NCBI GenBank assembly: GCA_965371165.1 | Contig: CBDUXJ010000001.1 | Span: forward strand, 1-49,957 | From: an uncultured Syntrophobacterales bacterium | GTDB taxonomy: Bacteria; Desulfobacterota; BSN033; WVXP01; G020346125 | Direction: 5' to 3' | DNA: 49,957 nucleotides | Part shown: in pieces, positions 37,414-46,378 of the stretch | Numbering within the stretch: position 1 is the stretch's first letter | Layout: the number at the start of each line of letters is the position of its first letter | Made by a program: the position numbers and the translations under genes | The notes under the pieces: model-generated | Seen by the model: only the letters and a program-made list of their open reading frames with translations | Told to the model about the DNA's origin: nothing | Databases searched by the model: none

Positions 37414-37857
37414 CTAACTCTTCAACCGGTTCAGGAATTTTTCCGGCATGCTACTCGGATTTCCCCTCTTATTGAGACAGAGGTGCCGAGTCTCCCCATA
37501 TACAACGACCTCTTGGGTCTCCTTTCTCAGAATCCTGTAGCCAAAGGTCACCATTCGCGCTTTCAAATCCTTCAGATGAGTCCGAACAACAATCAGCTCA
37601 TCGTATTTGGCCGATCCCTTATATCTACAGCGGAGGTCCACCACCACCAGCCTGTATCCCATTCCCTCAAGCTCCCTATAGCTGAACCCCTTTGCCCGAC
37701 AGTATTCAGACCGTCCCACCTCGAACCATACAACATAACTGCCGTAATAGGCCACCCCCATTTGATCCGTTTCGGCATAGCGTACCCGAACATCAACATC
37801 CACATAATCCCTATGATCGGCCCCCTTATCCACAGCCATACTCTCACCACGGGCCAT
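37414..37857 (-). CDS. ybgC: Acyl-CoA thioesterase, YbgC/4HBT hotdog family
   Basis: VRVRYAETDQMGVAYYGSYVVWFEVGRSEYCRAKGFSYRELE is the YbgC-type active-site region. It lies downstream of the Tol/Exb-like genes. Confidence 0.75.
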   Translation of the reverse strand: MARGESMAVDKGADHRDYVDVDVRVRYAETDQMGVAYYGSYVVWFEVGRSEYCRAKGFSYRELEGMGYRLVVVDLRCRYKGSAKYDELIVVRTHLKDLKARMVTFGYRILRKETQEVVVYGETRHLCLNKRGNPSSMPEKFLNRLKS

Positions 37858-37946
37858 TATCTCTCTTAAACCCTGTAGAAGCTCCCTTTATTATTACGGA
37901 CATCCTGCCGCGGGTCAGGGGGCTAAAATGTATCCAAGCCTTATCA

Positions 37947-38237
37947 TCATTGATCGAACTGGTACACTATCTCACCCTTTTTTACCAAACCAAGTTCCCT
38001 TCGGGCCAGTTCCTCGATGTATGTCTTATTGGTCCTCAAGTTGTCGATCTCGCCTATCAGCCTTTCATTCTCTTGCCGCAACTCCATATCAACCCTTTCG
38101 ATCTCCCTCAGTTCCCTTCTCAGACGGTAGACCTGCAAGAGTCCCTTATCCCCGAAAAAGGTGAAGAAGATCATCACCGATGCGAGCAAGAGTATCGTGA
38201 CGAGGACTCCCTTATTATACCCTTTTAAAGGGGCCAC
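37947..38237 (-). CDS. ftsB: Septum formation initiator FtsB/DivIC family protein
   Basis: 96 aa. One N-terminal TM helix, then a coiled coil (LREIERVDMELRQENERLIGEIDNL), then IEELARRELGLVKKGEIVY. Confidence 0.75.
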   Translation of the reverse strand: MAPLKGYNKGVLVTILLLASVMIFFTFFGDKGLLQVYRLRRELREIERVDMELRQENERLIGEIDNLRTNKTYIEELARRELGLVKKGEIVYQFDQ

Positions 38238-38249
38238 TTCCTTTTGCCT

Positions 38250-39089
38250 CTATTTCAACCTGAATTTGACGGTAACGGTTCCCCATTGCTCAACCGTTGG
38301 CCCACCTTCGTCCAATGGATTGAATCGCCACTGCTTAATATAGTTTATGGCGATTCGCTCCAATTCCGCATCTCCTCTGAGCAGGGAAAACACCCTCCCC
38401 ACCGATCCATCGGGCAGCACCCAAAACTTCAATTCAACCTCCCCTTCCCTGTCGATCTTCACCCCGGGGATTTCCGGTTTATAGAGGATTTTCCTTTCGC
38501 CGACTGGCCCCTTGATTCTGCTGGAATCCCTCTTTTTACCTTGGACAGATGGTTTCTTGGATTGGATTTTCACCATTATCCGGGCAATGATGCGCTCGGT
38601 CCCTTTATCCTCGAGGATCCGTCTTCTAGGAATCTCCATCTCCCCTACACCACCGGACAGCGTCTTCCCCCGATAATCACCCATAGGCATTGAGGATCCC
38701 CGGAATAATCTGCCCAAATCCTTAAAAAAGGGAGAGCTTCTCAACAATCTAACCCTTTCCTCGGGGGTGATTTTTCCCTTCCGCTGGGGAACGAGAAAAG
38801 AAGGGCTCGGGACATCGATGCTCTCACCCAAGCTCAGCTCTCTCAACTTGCTCATGAGGAAATCCTCGCGTCTCTTCCGATCATCAACGCGGTATTGCTT
38901 AATGGACTTCTCCCTCTGCCCTTCCCCTTCTTCTAACCTTTTAAGGAAAGGCTCTAAATAGAGCTGCTTCGGTTCCACTAACTCTATGGGGAAAATCCTC
39001 AACTTGGTAACCGCGAAATAATTGGGCACGAACAACAAGAAGCTAAAGTGAATGAGGATGGATACCAGCACGAAAAGAGACAATTTCAT
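38250..39089 (-). CDS. TonB/TolA-like energy transducer (TonB_C domain)
   Basis: N-terminal TM anchor, a charged linker, and a C-terminal domain GEVELKFWVLPDGSVGRVFSLLRGDAELERIAINYIKQWRFNP. Confidence 0.7.
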   Translation of the reverse strand: MKLSLFVLVSILIHFSFLLFVPNYFAVTKLRIFPIELVEPKQLYLEPFLKRLEEGEGQREKSIKQYRVDDRKRREDFLMSKLRELSLGESIDVPSPSFLVPQRKGKITPEERVRLLRSSPFFKDLGRLFRGSSMPMGDYRGKTLSGGVGEMEIPRRRILEDKGTERIIARIMVKIQSKKPSVQGKKRDSSRIKGPVGERKILYKPEIPGVKIDREGEVELKFWVLPDGSVGRVFSLLRGDAELERIAINYIKQWRFNPLDEGGPTVEQWGTVTVKFRLK

Positions 39090-39107
39090 TGCAACAATTC
39101 CTGAGAT

Positions 39108-39521
39108 CTACTTTTTCCTCTCCTTTGGCCTCGTGGCGATGGCCAGCTTATTGAAACCAGATGTCTTCGCCACATCCATAACCTCCACCACTTTCCCGTG
39201 GAGCACCCTTTCATCCGCCTGAATGATGACCATCCCTTCCCGACTCTCCCTGGCGGCCTTTTTCAAATACTTTCCCAACTCCTCAATACTTACGAGCTTC
39301 TGTTCCACAAAGATCTTATCGTCCTTAGCCATCACTACCCTGACCTCCTTCTTTTCCCTGGAGATCTCCGTCGATGAGGATTCGGGAAGTTTCACCTTGA
39401 TCCCCGGGGCCACGATGAAGGTGGTGGAGAGCATGAAAAAGATGAGCAATAAAAAGACTACATCCACCAGGGGTGTCAAATCAAACCTCGATTCCTCCCT
39501 TTTCGTCGGCTTAAACTGCAT
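39108..39521 (-). CDS. ExbD/TolR family biopolymer transport protein
   Basis: 137 aa. DLTPLVDVVFLLLIFFM TM segment with the conserved Asp, and a periplasmic domain. Confidence 0.85.
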   Translation of the reverse strand: MQFKPTKREESRFDLTPLVDVVFLLLIFFMLSTTFIVAPGIKVKLPESSSTEISREKKEVRVVMAKDDKIFVEQKLVSIEELGKYLKKAARESREGMVIIQADERVLHGKVVEVMDVAKTSGFNKLAIATRPKERKK

Positions 39522-39566
39522 AATCCTTCCCCTTTTCCCAATCAGTCCAATTGTGGATCCCTATCG

Positions 39567-40169
39567 CTACCTCCCCTTGAGCAGATCGACCATCCGTATT
39601 GAGTGTTCTTCCATCCCCACGATTAAGTCATCCGCTTTATTGGCCAGATATCGGTAGAGTACGAAAGTCGGAATGGCGACCACCAGTCCCGCTGCCGTCG
39701 TGATCAGGGCCTCTGAAATCCCGCCTGCAAGGCTGCTGGGGTTTCCAACCCCTTGAATTGATATGACGTTAAAAGCCTTGATCATTCCAAACACCGTCCC
39801 CAATAACCCCAAAAGGGGTGCAATGGCTGAGATGGTCCCAACCACATTGATATACCGTTCGAGGGTTGCTGCCTCTCTCCTTCCAATCTCCTCAATGCTC
39901 TCCTTGACGATCTCCCTTCGTTTGCCGAAATTGCGAATCCCTGCCACAATGATATTGGCCATTGAGGAGTTGTCCTTTCGACACCGGGTAATGGCTTCCG
40001 GGATCTTCTCTCGACGAATGAGGTCCTCGATTTCGATCAAGAAATCCCGAGGGATAACCCTTGATCTCCTTAAACTCCAGAGCCTCTCCAAGAAAATGGC
40101 CAGCGCGATGATGGAACATAAGGCAATGGGAATCATCAAAACTCCGCCCTTAACGACAAAATCGTACAT
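39567..40169 (-). CDS. MotA/TolQ/ExbB proton-channel protein
   Basis: 200 aa and three TM segments. Conserved C-terminal LGLLGTVFGMIKAF ... ALITTAAGLVVAIP. Confidence 0.85.
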   Translation of the reverse strand: MYDFVVKGGVLMIPIALCSIIALAIFLERLWSLRRSRVIPRDFLIEIEDLIRREKIPEAITRCRKDNSSMANIIVAGIRNFGKRREIVKESIEEIGRREAATLERYINVVGTISAIAPLLGLLGTVFGMIKAFNVISIQGVGNPSSLAGGISEALITTAAGLVVAIPTFVLYRYLANKADDLIVGMEEHSIRMVDLLKGR

Positions 40170-40182
40170 GGCTCCTCCTCTC

Positions 40183-43100
40183 CTATCTCTTAGACATCTC
40201 TTTTTCCACCCGTTTCAGCATCTTACGACCAATCTCCTTCGCCTCCCTCGATCGGGCGGTATGAAGTAGTTTCTGGTAAATTTGCCGAGCTTCGGACCAC
40301 CTCTCCTGATCCATATAAATCTGGCCCACCTTCAAAAGGGCCTCCTCCACATACCCCCCTCGATCATAATAGAGATAGAGAACCTTCATGAGCTCCCGCG
40401 TGGCCGACTCCTTATCCCCCAACGCCAGATAGGAATCGCCAATTTTCAGTTGGGCAAGGGCAGCCGTGGCCTTATCCGGAGAACCGCTGGCCCTTTTAAA
40501 GGAAGCAATAGCTTCCCGGTAGTTCTGACCATGAAGATAGAGCACTCCCAAATTGAGTGATGCCTCGTAAACGATGGGATCATTCGAATATAATGCGATG
40601 AGCCTCTTGAGGGTTTTCTCGGCCCAATCGGGCCTCTTCAATATCCGATAGCACTCACTCGCCTTGAGGTAAGATCGCTTATCCCATCCCGACCTGGGAA
40701 ATCGATAAATGACCCGTTCGTAGCTCCTGAGGGCTCTTCTGAAATCCTCCAGGGCGTAGTAACCTTGGCCGATCTCATACCAAGCCTTCACCACATGGTT
40801 ACTGTCTGGAAAATGCCGGGTAATCTTTTCATATTCGGCGACGGCCTCCGGGAACCGTCTCATATTCATGTATATCTCGCCGATTCTGAACTGAGCATCA
40901 TCGGCCAGGTCGCTTTTCGGAAAATTTCGGAGCATTTCCCTATAGGCGAAGATGGCCTTATTCCACTGGCCATTTTTCTCATAAAACTCGGCCAATTGGA
41001 GTTCCAAATTAGCGCCCAGGGGATGATTCGGATACCTCCGGAAAAAATCCCCTATCTTTTCGCTGAAGCGATCATACTTCCCCTCCTGGTAAAAGGAGAG
41101 AATAATCCCATAATCGGCTTCGGGCGCCTCCTTTGAATCGGGATAGCCCTTGATTACCTTTAAGTAGCCGAGTATAGCCCTGAGATACTCCCCGAGGTTG
41201 TAATAACTATCCCCGATCCTTAGGAAGGCTTGAGGGGCCAATGGGCTCGATGGGGCGAAATTTATCAGTCGGGAAAAGGCATCTATGGCCTTTTTGAAAG
41301 CCTTACTCCTGAAATGGGACATCCCCAACCAAAAATAGGCATCATCCGCATAAGAACTTTTGGGGAGCTCCTTGAGTATTTCTTCGAATTGTTCCGCAGC
41401 TTCCGCGAAAAGTCTCTGTTTGTAGTGGATCCAACCAGTCAAAAAATAGGCCTTATCCAGCTTTTCCCCCCTGTAATCTCCCTGAGTTAATCGGGCTAAG
41501 TAATCCAGCGCCCTCTTATACTGTTTCAAGTTAAAGTAGGTTTCTGCCAGGAGGACGGTAGCTTCGGGAACGAGGTCATGCTCTGGGTAGGCTTCAACCA
41601 GCTGATTGAAGTATGAAGCCGCCTTCCTCCACTTTCCCAACTGGAAATAATACCACCCCAAGCTATTGAGGGCCTTCCCATAGTAGAAACCGTTATTCAC
41701 CAGTTCCCTGAAATAGCCTGTCGCCTCGGCGTAGTTCCTCAATAATAAATTCGCCTCCCCAATCCAATAGATAACCTCATCCCTCTGGGAGAAATTGGGA
41801 TATCCCGAAAGGATCCCCTTCCAATAATGAATGGCCTTCTTGTACGACTTTTCCTGGAATAGGGAAAGACCAATCTTAAAGAGGGCCTGACCGACCAAGG
41901 GGCTATCGGTATATCCATCAATGAGGACCTGATAGGAATTGAGGGCATTTCGGTAGTCCTTCAGATTATAAAAAGACTCCCCGATATTGAAGTATACTTT
42001 GTCCTTCAGTTCAGTCATCGGATATAACTTGACGAGGTCCCGATAAGATTCGATGGCCTTTTGAAATTCCCCCTCCTGGAAATAATAGTAAGCGATTTCG
42101 TTAAGGGCAGTACTCCCCCAAGTCGATTGGACGTAGCGCTCGGCAAGTTCTCGGTGGTACTGGATCGCCCTTTCCATCTCCCCTTGACCAAGGTAGGATT
42201 TAATCAAACCGTAATAAGTGATTTCGGCCAATTTGGTCTCGGGGAATCTCAAGAGCAACTCCTCGAATACCGAGGCCGAATCTCTATATCTGGCCAAGGA
42301 GACCAAACTCCAGCCCAACCCATAGAGGGAATTCTCCAATAGGGGATGCAACGCAAAGTCCGCATTAAAGGCCCTGAAAGCCCGTTCCGCATCCTCGAAT
42401 CTCCTCAGATGAAAAAGGTTAGCACCTATGAGGTATTGAGTCTCAATCCTCAGGTAGCCTTGGGGAAATCTCTCCACTAAACTACGGAACTTCTCCAATC
42501 CCCCGTTGTAATTATTCATGCGGATTAATGACTCCCCTGCCCAGAAGAGTGCTGATTCCGCAATGGGGCTCTCGGGACGGAGTCCATATGCCTCGTCGAG
42601 AAATTGATATGCACTTTCATACTGACCTTGTTTGAAATAGATCCATCCAGCTGAATAATAGGAGTAATCGATGAGTTTGTCCTTGGGATATCGATCGATC
42701 ACCTCGAGAAAATACTTCAGTGCCTCCTCCAGTTGATCGAGGTGAAGCTTGGACTCCCCCAACCAATAGTATGCCGATCCTAAAAAGGGACTCTCTGAGT
42801 AGTTGATAATGAACTTTTCAAATGACTCAACGGCATCCTCATAATTCTCCTTCAGGTAGCGATATTTCCCCTGTTTATAGAGGGCAAGTTCTCCCTCAAA
42901 GACTTTTACCATGGAGGTACTGAGAGAGCTGGAATAGGCGCAACCCGGCGACTTGGTCGCCGGCCTCACCTTCCGCAACTGAGCCATCATCTCCTCGTCT
43001 ACGGCCCTGTATTCTATCCTCGGTTCCGCCTTAACCCCTTGGGCCACGACAAGAGGAAGGGGAATCTTCCGGTAATCGGTAAGCTTCGATTCATCGGGGC

Positions 43101-43236
43101 TCGTAATGACGACCTCTGGGAGACTTATCCGAAGATGTTCTTCGGTGCCCTTCAGCTTTGGAACAAGGGAGATGCAAAGGAGGGCAAAAAAAGAGAAGGC
43201 CGTGGCAAATTTTATCACTTTCTTGAACATGGACAA
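40183..43236 (-). CDS. Secreted 1017-aa tetratricopeptide-repeat protein with many YbgF/CpoB/BamD-like TPR units
   Basis: N-terminal signal sequence MSMFKKVIKFATAFSFFALLCISLV. More than ten repeats of the pattern Y..G..Y....Y..A...F..(L/F)...(Y/F)P.S....A. Confidence 0.75.
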   Translation of the reverse strand: MSMFKKVIKFATAFSFFALLCISLVPKLKGTEEHLRISLPEVVITSPDESKLTDYRKIPLPLVVAQGVKAEPRIEYRAVDEEMMAQLRKVRPATKSPGCAYSSSLSTSMVKVFEGELALYKQGKYRYLKENYEDAVESFEKFIINYSESPFLGSAYYWLGESKLHLDQLEEALKYFLEVIDRYPKDKLIDYSYYSAGWIYFKQGQYESAYQFLDEAYGLRPESPIAESALFWAGESLIRMNNYNGGLEKFRSLVERFPQGYLRIETQYLIGANLFHLRRFEDAERAFRAFNADFALHPLLENSLYGLGWSLVSLARYRDSASVFEELLLRFPETKLAEITYYGLIKSYLGQGEMERAIQYHRELAERYVQSTWGSTALNEIAYYYFQEGEFQKAIESYRDLVKLYPMTELKDKVYFNIGESFYNLKDYRNALNSYQVLIDGYTDSPLVGQALFKIGLSLFQEKSYKKAIHYWKGILSGYPNFSQRDEVIYWIGEANLLLRNYAEATGYFRELVNNGFYYGKALNSLGWYYFQLGKWRKAASYFNQLVEAYPEHDLVPEATVLLAETYFNLKQYKRALDYLARLTQGDYRGEKLDKAYFLTGWIHYKQRLFAEAAEQFEEILKELPKSSYADDAYFWLGMSHFRSKAFKKAIDAFSRLINFAPSSPLAPQAFLRIGDSYYNLGEYLRAILGYLKVIKGYPDSKEAPEADYGIILSFYQEGKYDRFSEKIGDFFRRYPNHPLGANLELQLAEFYEKNGQWNKAIFAYREMLRNFPKSDLADDAQFRIGEIYMNMRRFPEAVAEYEKITRHFPDSNHVVKAWYEIGQGYYALEDFRRALRSYERVIYRFPRSGWDKRSYLKASECYRILKRPDWAEKTLKRLIALYSNDPIVYEASLNLGVLYLHGQNYREAIASFKRASGSPDKATAALAQLKIGDSYLALGDKESATRELMKVLYLYYDRGGYVEEALLKVGQIYMDQERWSEARQIYQKLLHTARSREAKEIGRKMLKRVEKEMSKR

Positions 43237-43531
43237 TTCCTCAAAGGGAAATTTTCCATCGGCCTTTGGGATGATTCAAGAAAAACGTATCAGAATCAAG
43301 ACCCCTTGTCAAGGAAGTAGCTTTTCCAACACGGGTTAGACAATCTATTGGGGTGCAATGGAGTCCTGGCGTTTCCTGAGCTTTATAGGGAATACTCTTA
43401 TAACTTTTTGATTATATCCGCACATTAGGCTCACGGGCAACGATTTTCTCCGGAAAATCAGGAAACCCCAGCCGAAGTCCGGTTGACAACCGCCGTAAGA
43501 AGTAATAAGTATAGTCCAAAGGAGGTTCGGG

Positions 43532-43588
43532 ATGCTGAGAAATTGGTATTCCGTAGCGCTGTTTTTTTTGGATCTTGCTTTCTTCTGA
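43532..43588 (+). CDS. Candidate 18-codon hydrophobic small ORF upstream of pcm
   Basis: AAAGGAGG (43518-43525) lies 6 nt upstream of the ATG. It encodes MLRNWYSVALFFLDLAFF-stop and contains a T8 run. There is no homology evidence. Confidence 0.25.
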   Translation: MLRNWYSVALFFLDLAFF

Positions 43589-43640
43589 GGGGACCAAATC
43601 CGATAACCCGCGAAATCCCGTTCAAGTGGATTTTAATTCC

Positions 43641-44273
43641 ATGAAAGAAGAAATGATAGAAAACCAAATCCGTGCAAGGGGAATCAAGGATGAGGTTGTA
43701 TTAAATACCATCCGCAAGGTAGATAGACAAAAGTTTGTTCCCGAGGAGATACGTCACCATGCCTATTCAGATCGACCGCTGCCCATCGGGGAGGGACAGA
43801 CCATCTCCCAGCCCTACATCGTAGCCTTAATGACGGAATTGCTTGAATTAAAAAAGGGGAACAGGGTTTTGGAAGTAGGCACGGGATCGGGTTACCAGGC
43901 TGCAATCTTGGCAGAACTAGCGGACCACGTCTACACCATTGAAACCATCGGATCCCTGGCCCTGTCCGCAGAAAGGCTTCTGAGGGAATTGGGTTACAGA
44001 AATATCAATGTCAAAATTGGGGATGGCTACATCGGCTGGGAGGAATTTGCGCCCTTCGATGCTATCATCGTAACCGCTGCACCCTCCCATGTCCCTCAGC
44101 CTTTGCTCGATCAGCTCAAGGAAGGGGGAAGGCTCGTTATCCCCGTTGGGGATTATTATCAGGAACTCAAAAAGATCACCAAGGTAAAGGGAAAGATCAA
44201 AAGTCAGAATGTCATCCCGGTGGTATTCGTTCCCATGATTGGTGAGCATGTCAAGATGGGAGGAAAGAGGTGA
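43641..44273 (+). CDS. pcm: Protein-L-isoaspartate O-methyltransferase
   Basis: IGEGQTISQPYIVALMTELLEL ... VLEVGTGSGYQAAILAEL. I chose the start at MKEEMIENQIRARGI (43641) rather than the TTG at 43575. Confidence 0.9.
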   Translation: MKEEMIENQIRARGIKDEVVLNTIRKVDRQKFVPEEIRHHAYSDRPLPIGEGQTISQPYIVALMTELLELKKGNRVLEVGTGSGYQAAILAELADHVYTIETIGSLALSAERLLRELGYRNINVKIGDGYIGWEEFAPFDAIIVTAAPSHVPQPLLDQLKEGGRLVIPVGDYYQELKKITKVKGKIKSQNVIPVVFVPMIGEHVKMGGKR

Positions 44274-44282
44274 AGAATGTAA

Positions 44283-45635
44283 TCATCCCTTCCCTCTACG
44301 CCATTTATCAAGCCTCTTCCTGATTTCTCCCTCATATCCCTGATTCGAGGGTCGGTAATAAATCCTTCCCTTAAGGTCCTCAGGAAGATAATCCTCCTCT
44401 ACGTAATGGCCTGGAAAGTCATGGGGATACTTATATCCCTTTCCATAGCCCAGTTCCTTCATCAGTTTTGTGGGGGCATTTCGCAAATGGAGGGGAACCG
44501 GGAGCGAAAGGGTCCGTTGTATGTCCTTCTGAACATCGCGATATGCCCTATAGAGGGCGTTGCTCTTAGGGGCCGTGGCCAGATAGACGGCAGCCTGAGC
44601 AAGAGCCAGATTTCCCTCCGGCAATCCTACAAAATTGAATGCCTGCATGGCCGCCACGGCCACTTGAAGGGCCTGAGGGTCTGCATTTCCAATATCCTCA
44701 GACACAAATCGAACCATTCGCCTGGCGATATAGAGGGGATCTTCACCCGCCTCCATCATCCTGCCGAGCCAGTAGAGGGCGGCATCGGGATCACTTCCCC
44801 TTAGGCTCTTATGGAGAGCGGAAATGAGATTATAGTGTTCCTCCCCATCTTTATCATAGAGCAATGCCTTTCGCTGCATCACCGCTTCGAGGATTTCCAG
44901 GGTAATCCTCCTCACTTGCTTTCTACCCGGGAGTACGGTCATCACCGCCATTTCCAGGACATTGAGGGCAATCCTGGCATCCCCATCGGCCATGGCAGAA
45001 ATGTGGTCGAGGAGGTGGGGCTCCAGCTCGACGGTGAATTTCCCCAATCCCCTCTCCTCATCCTTCAAGGCTCGGTTGAGGATTACCAGTAGTCGATCCC
45101 TTTTCAAGGAGTGCAAGGTAAAAACCCGTGTTCGGGATAAAAGGGGCGAAATTACCTCGAAGGAAGGATTTTCCGTTGTGGCCCCGATGAGGATCAAAAG
45201 GCCGTTTTCCACATGGGGGAGGAATGCATCCTGCTGGGCCTTATTGAACCGATGGATTTCATCGACGAATAAGATAGTCCTTCGATGATGAAAACGCAGC
45301 TGACCCTCCGCCTCTTTGGTCACCTCCCTTATCTCCTTCACTCCTGACAAAACCGCGCTGAAGGAAATGAAATGAGAATCCGTTGTGGAAGCAATAATCC
45401 TGGCGAGGGTTGTCTTGCCGGAGCCGGGAGGCCCCCAAAAAATCATCGATTGAAGCACATCCCTTTCGATGGCGTTCCGGAGGGGCTTCCCCTTGTCCAA
45501 GAGATGCTCCTGGCCGAGGAACTCCAAAAGGGAGATGGGCCGCATCCGATCGGCCAGGGGAGCAGAGGCCTTCCCGATTTTCTCCCCTTCAGGATCGAAT
45601 AAACCCCGCTCCAATCTTCGGTTTGGACTCTTCAT
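44283..45635 (-). CDS. rarA: Replication-associated recombination protein A (AAA+ ATPase MgsA/RarA)
   Basis: LADRMRP, Walker A motif FWGPPGSGKTTLARI, Walker B motif ILFVDEIHRFNK, and the C-terminal MgsA domain (ISALHKSLRGSDPDAALYWL). Confidence 0.93.
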   Translation of the reverse strand: MKSPNRRLERGLFDPEGEKIGKASAPLADRMRPISLLEFLGQEHLLDKGKPLRNAIERDVLQSMIFWGPPGSGKTTLARIIASTTDSHFISFSAVLSGVKEIREVTKEAEGQLRFHHRRTILFVDEIHRFNKAQQDAFLPHVENGLLILIGATTENPSFEVISPLLSRTRVFTLHSLKRDRLLVILNRALKDEERGLGKFTVELEPHLLDHISAMADGDARIALNVLEMAVMTVLPGRKQVRRITLEILEAVMQRKALLYDKDGEEHYNLISALHKSLRGSDPDAALYWLGRMMEAGEDPLYIARRMVRFVSEDIGNADPQALQVAVAAMQAFNFVGLPEGNLALAQAAVYLATAPKSNALYRAYRDVQKDIQRTLSLPVPLHLRNAPTKLMKELGYGKGYKYPHDFPGHYVEEDYLPEDLKGRIYYRPSNQGYEGEIRKRLDKWRRGKG

Positions 45636-45892
45636 GAACCTCCTTTTACGAGATATTACCCTTTTGAAGTACCCGGTCCATCTCAGAATAGATCTTTACA
45701 GGCTGTTGCCCAAATCTCCTGGAGCGAACATTAAAGAATTCTTGCTAACCATTCTTAGTGAAGCGAAACGGCCGCAAATCTAATGTTTGAGCCCAAAGGG
45801 TGAGTTTTAGATTTGCAGTGAAGCGAACCTTAGAATGATCAAAAATTCTTTTCAGAGAGCGAAAGGGGATTTGAACAACAACCCCTTTACAT

Positions 45893-45921
45893 TTGACATC
45901 TCCCCAACAGCATATTATTAT
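45893..45921 (+). promoter_or_regulatory. Putative sigma70 promoter of the thioesterase gene
   Basis: TTGACA (45893-45898), a 17-nt spacer, then TATTAT (45916-45921). It lies 50 nt upstream of the ATG at 45971. Confidence 0.5.
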
Positions 45922-45970
45922 ACCGCCTGGTTCAAGTCAAGGTTAACCCGATCAGCCGGGGGCTGATGTC

Positions 45971-46366
45971 ATGAAGGTTGAATATTACGGCTATTGTTGG
46001 ATCTGCGGCGAGAGGAACAAGGACGGCCTCCAACTAAAATTCGACCTCAACAAGAGCGCAAAGACCCTCCAGACAAGCTTTATCCCCACGGAAACCTACC
46101 AGGGCTATGACGGAATCGTCCATGGGGGAATCCTTTCGGCCCTATTGGATGAGGCCATGGCTAAACTCGCCTTTGAATTGGGCTATAATGCCGTCACAGC
46201 TATGTTAAACGTCCGGTTTAAGAGCCCCGCCAAGGTAAAGGAAAAGCTTACGATCAGGGGTAAAATTACCCGGGCCAATCGCAGGCTGGTCCTTGCCAAA
46301 GCCACAATTCATAAAGAAGACGGGACCCTCATAGCTGAGGGCGATTCCAAATTAGTGCGGAAATAG
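45971..46366 (+). CDS. PaaI-type hotdog-fold thioesterase with N-terminal CxxC motif
   Basis: 131 aa. CWICGERN followed by IVHGGILSALLDEAMA, the hotdog central-helix motif. Confidence 0.75.
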   Translation: MKVEYYGYCWICGERNKDGLQLKFDLNKSAKTLQTSFIPTETYQGYDGIVHGGILSALLDEAMAKLAFELGYNAVTAMLNVRFKSPAKVKEKLTIRGKITRANRRLVLAKATIHKEDGTLIAEGDSKLVRK

Positions 46367-46378
46367 AAAGTCAGAGCT

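Noticed and set aside
43483-43515. A promoter for the mini-ORF and pcm, based on TTGACA at 43483-43488 and TATAGT at 43510-43515.
   Set aside because: The spacer between these two hexamers is 21 nt. The hexamers that sit at a proper 17-nt spacing (TAAGTA) are poor matches, so I did not call a promoter.
45719-45870. Whether the repeated AGTGAAGCGAA / AGCGAA motifs are a degenerate CRISPR array.
   Set aside because: Only an 11-nt core is shared. The spacing is irregular (39, 59 and 37 nt). There are no full-length 25-40-nt repeats, and no cas genes are in the window.
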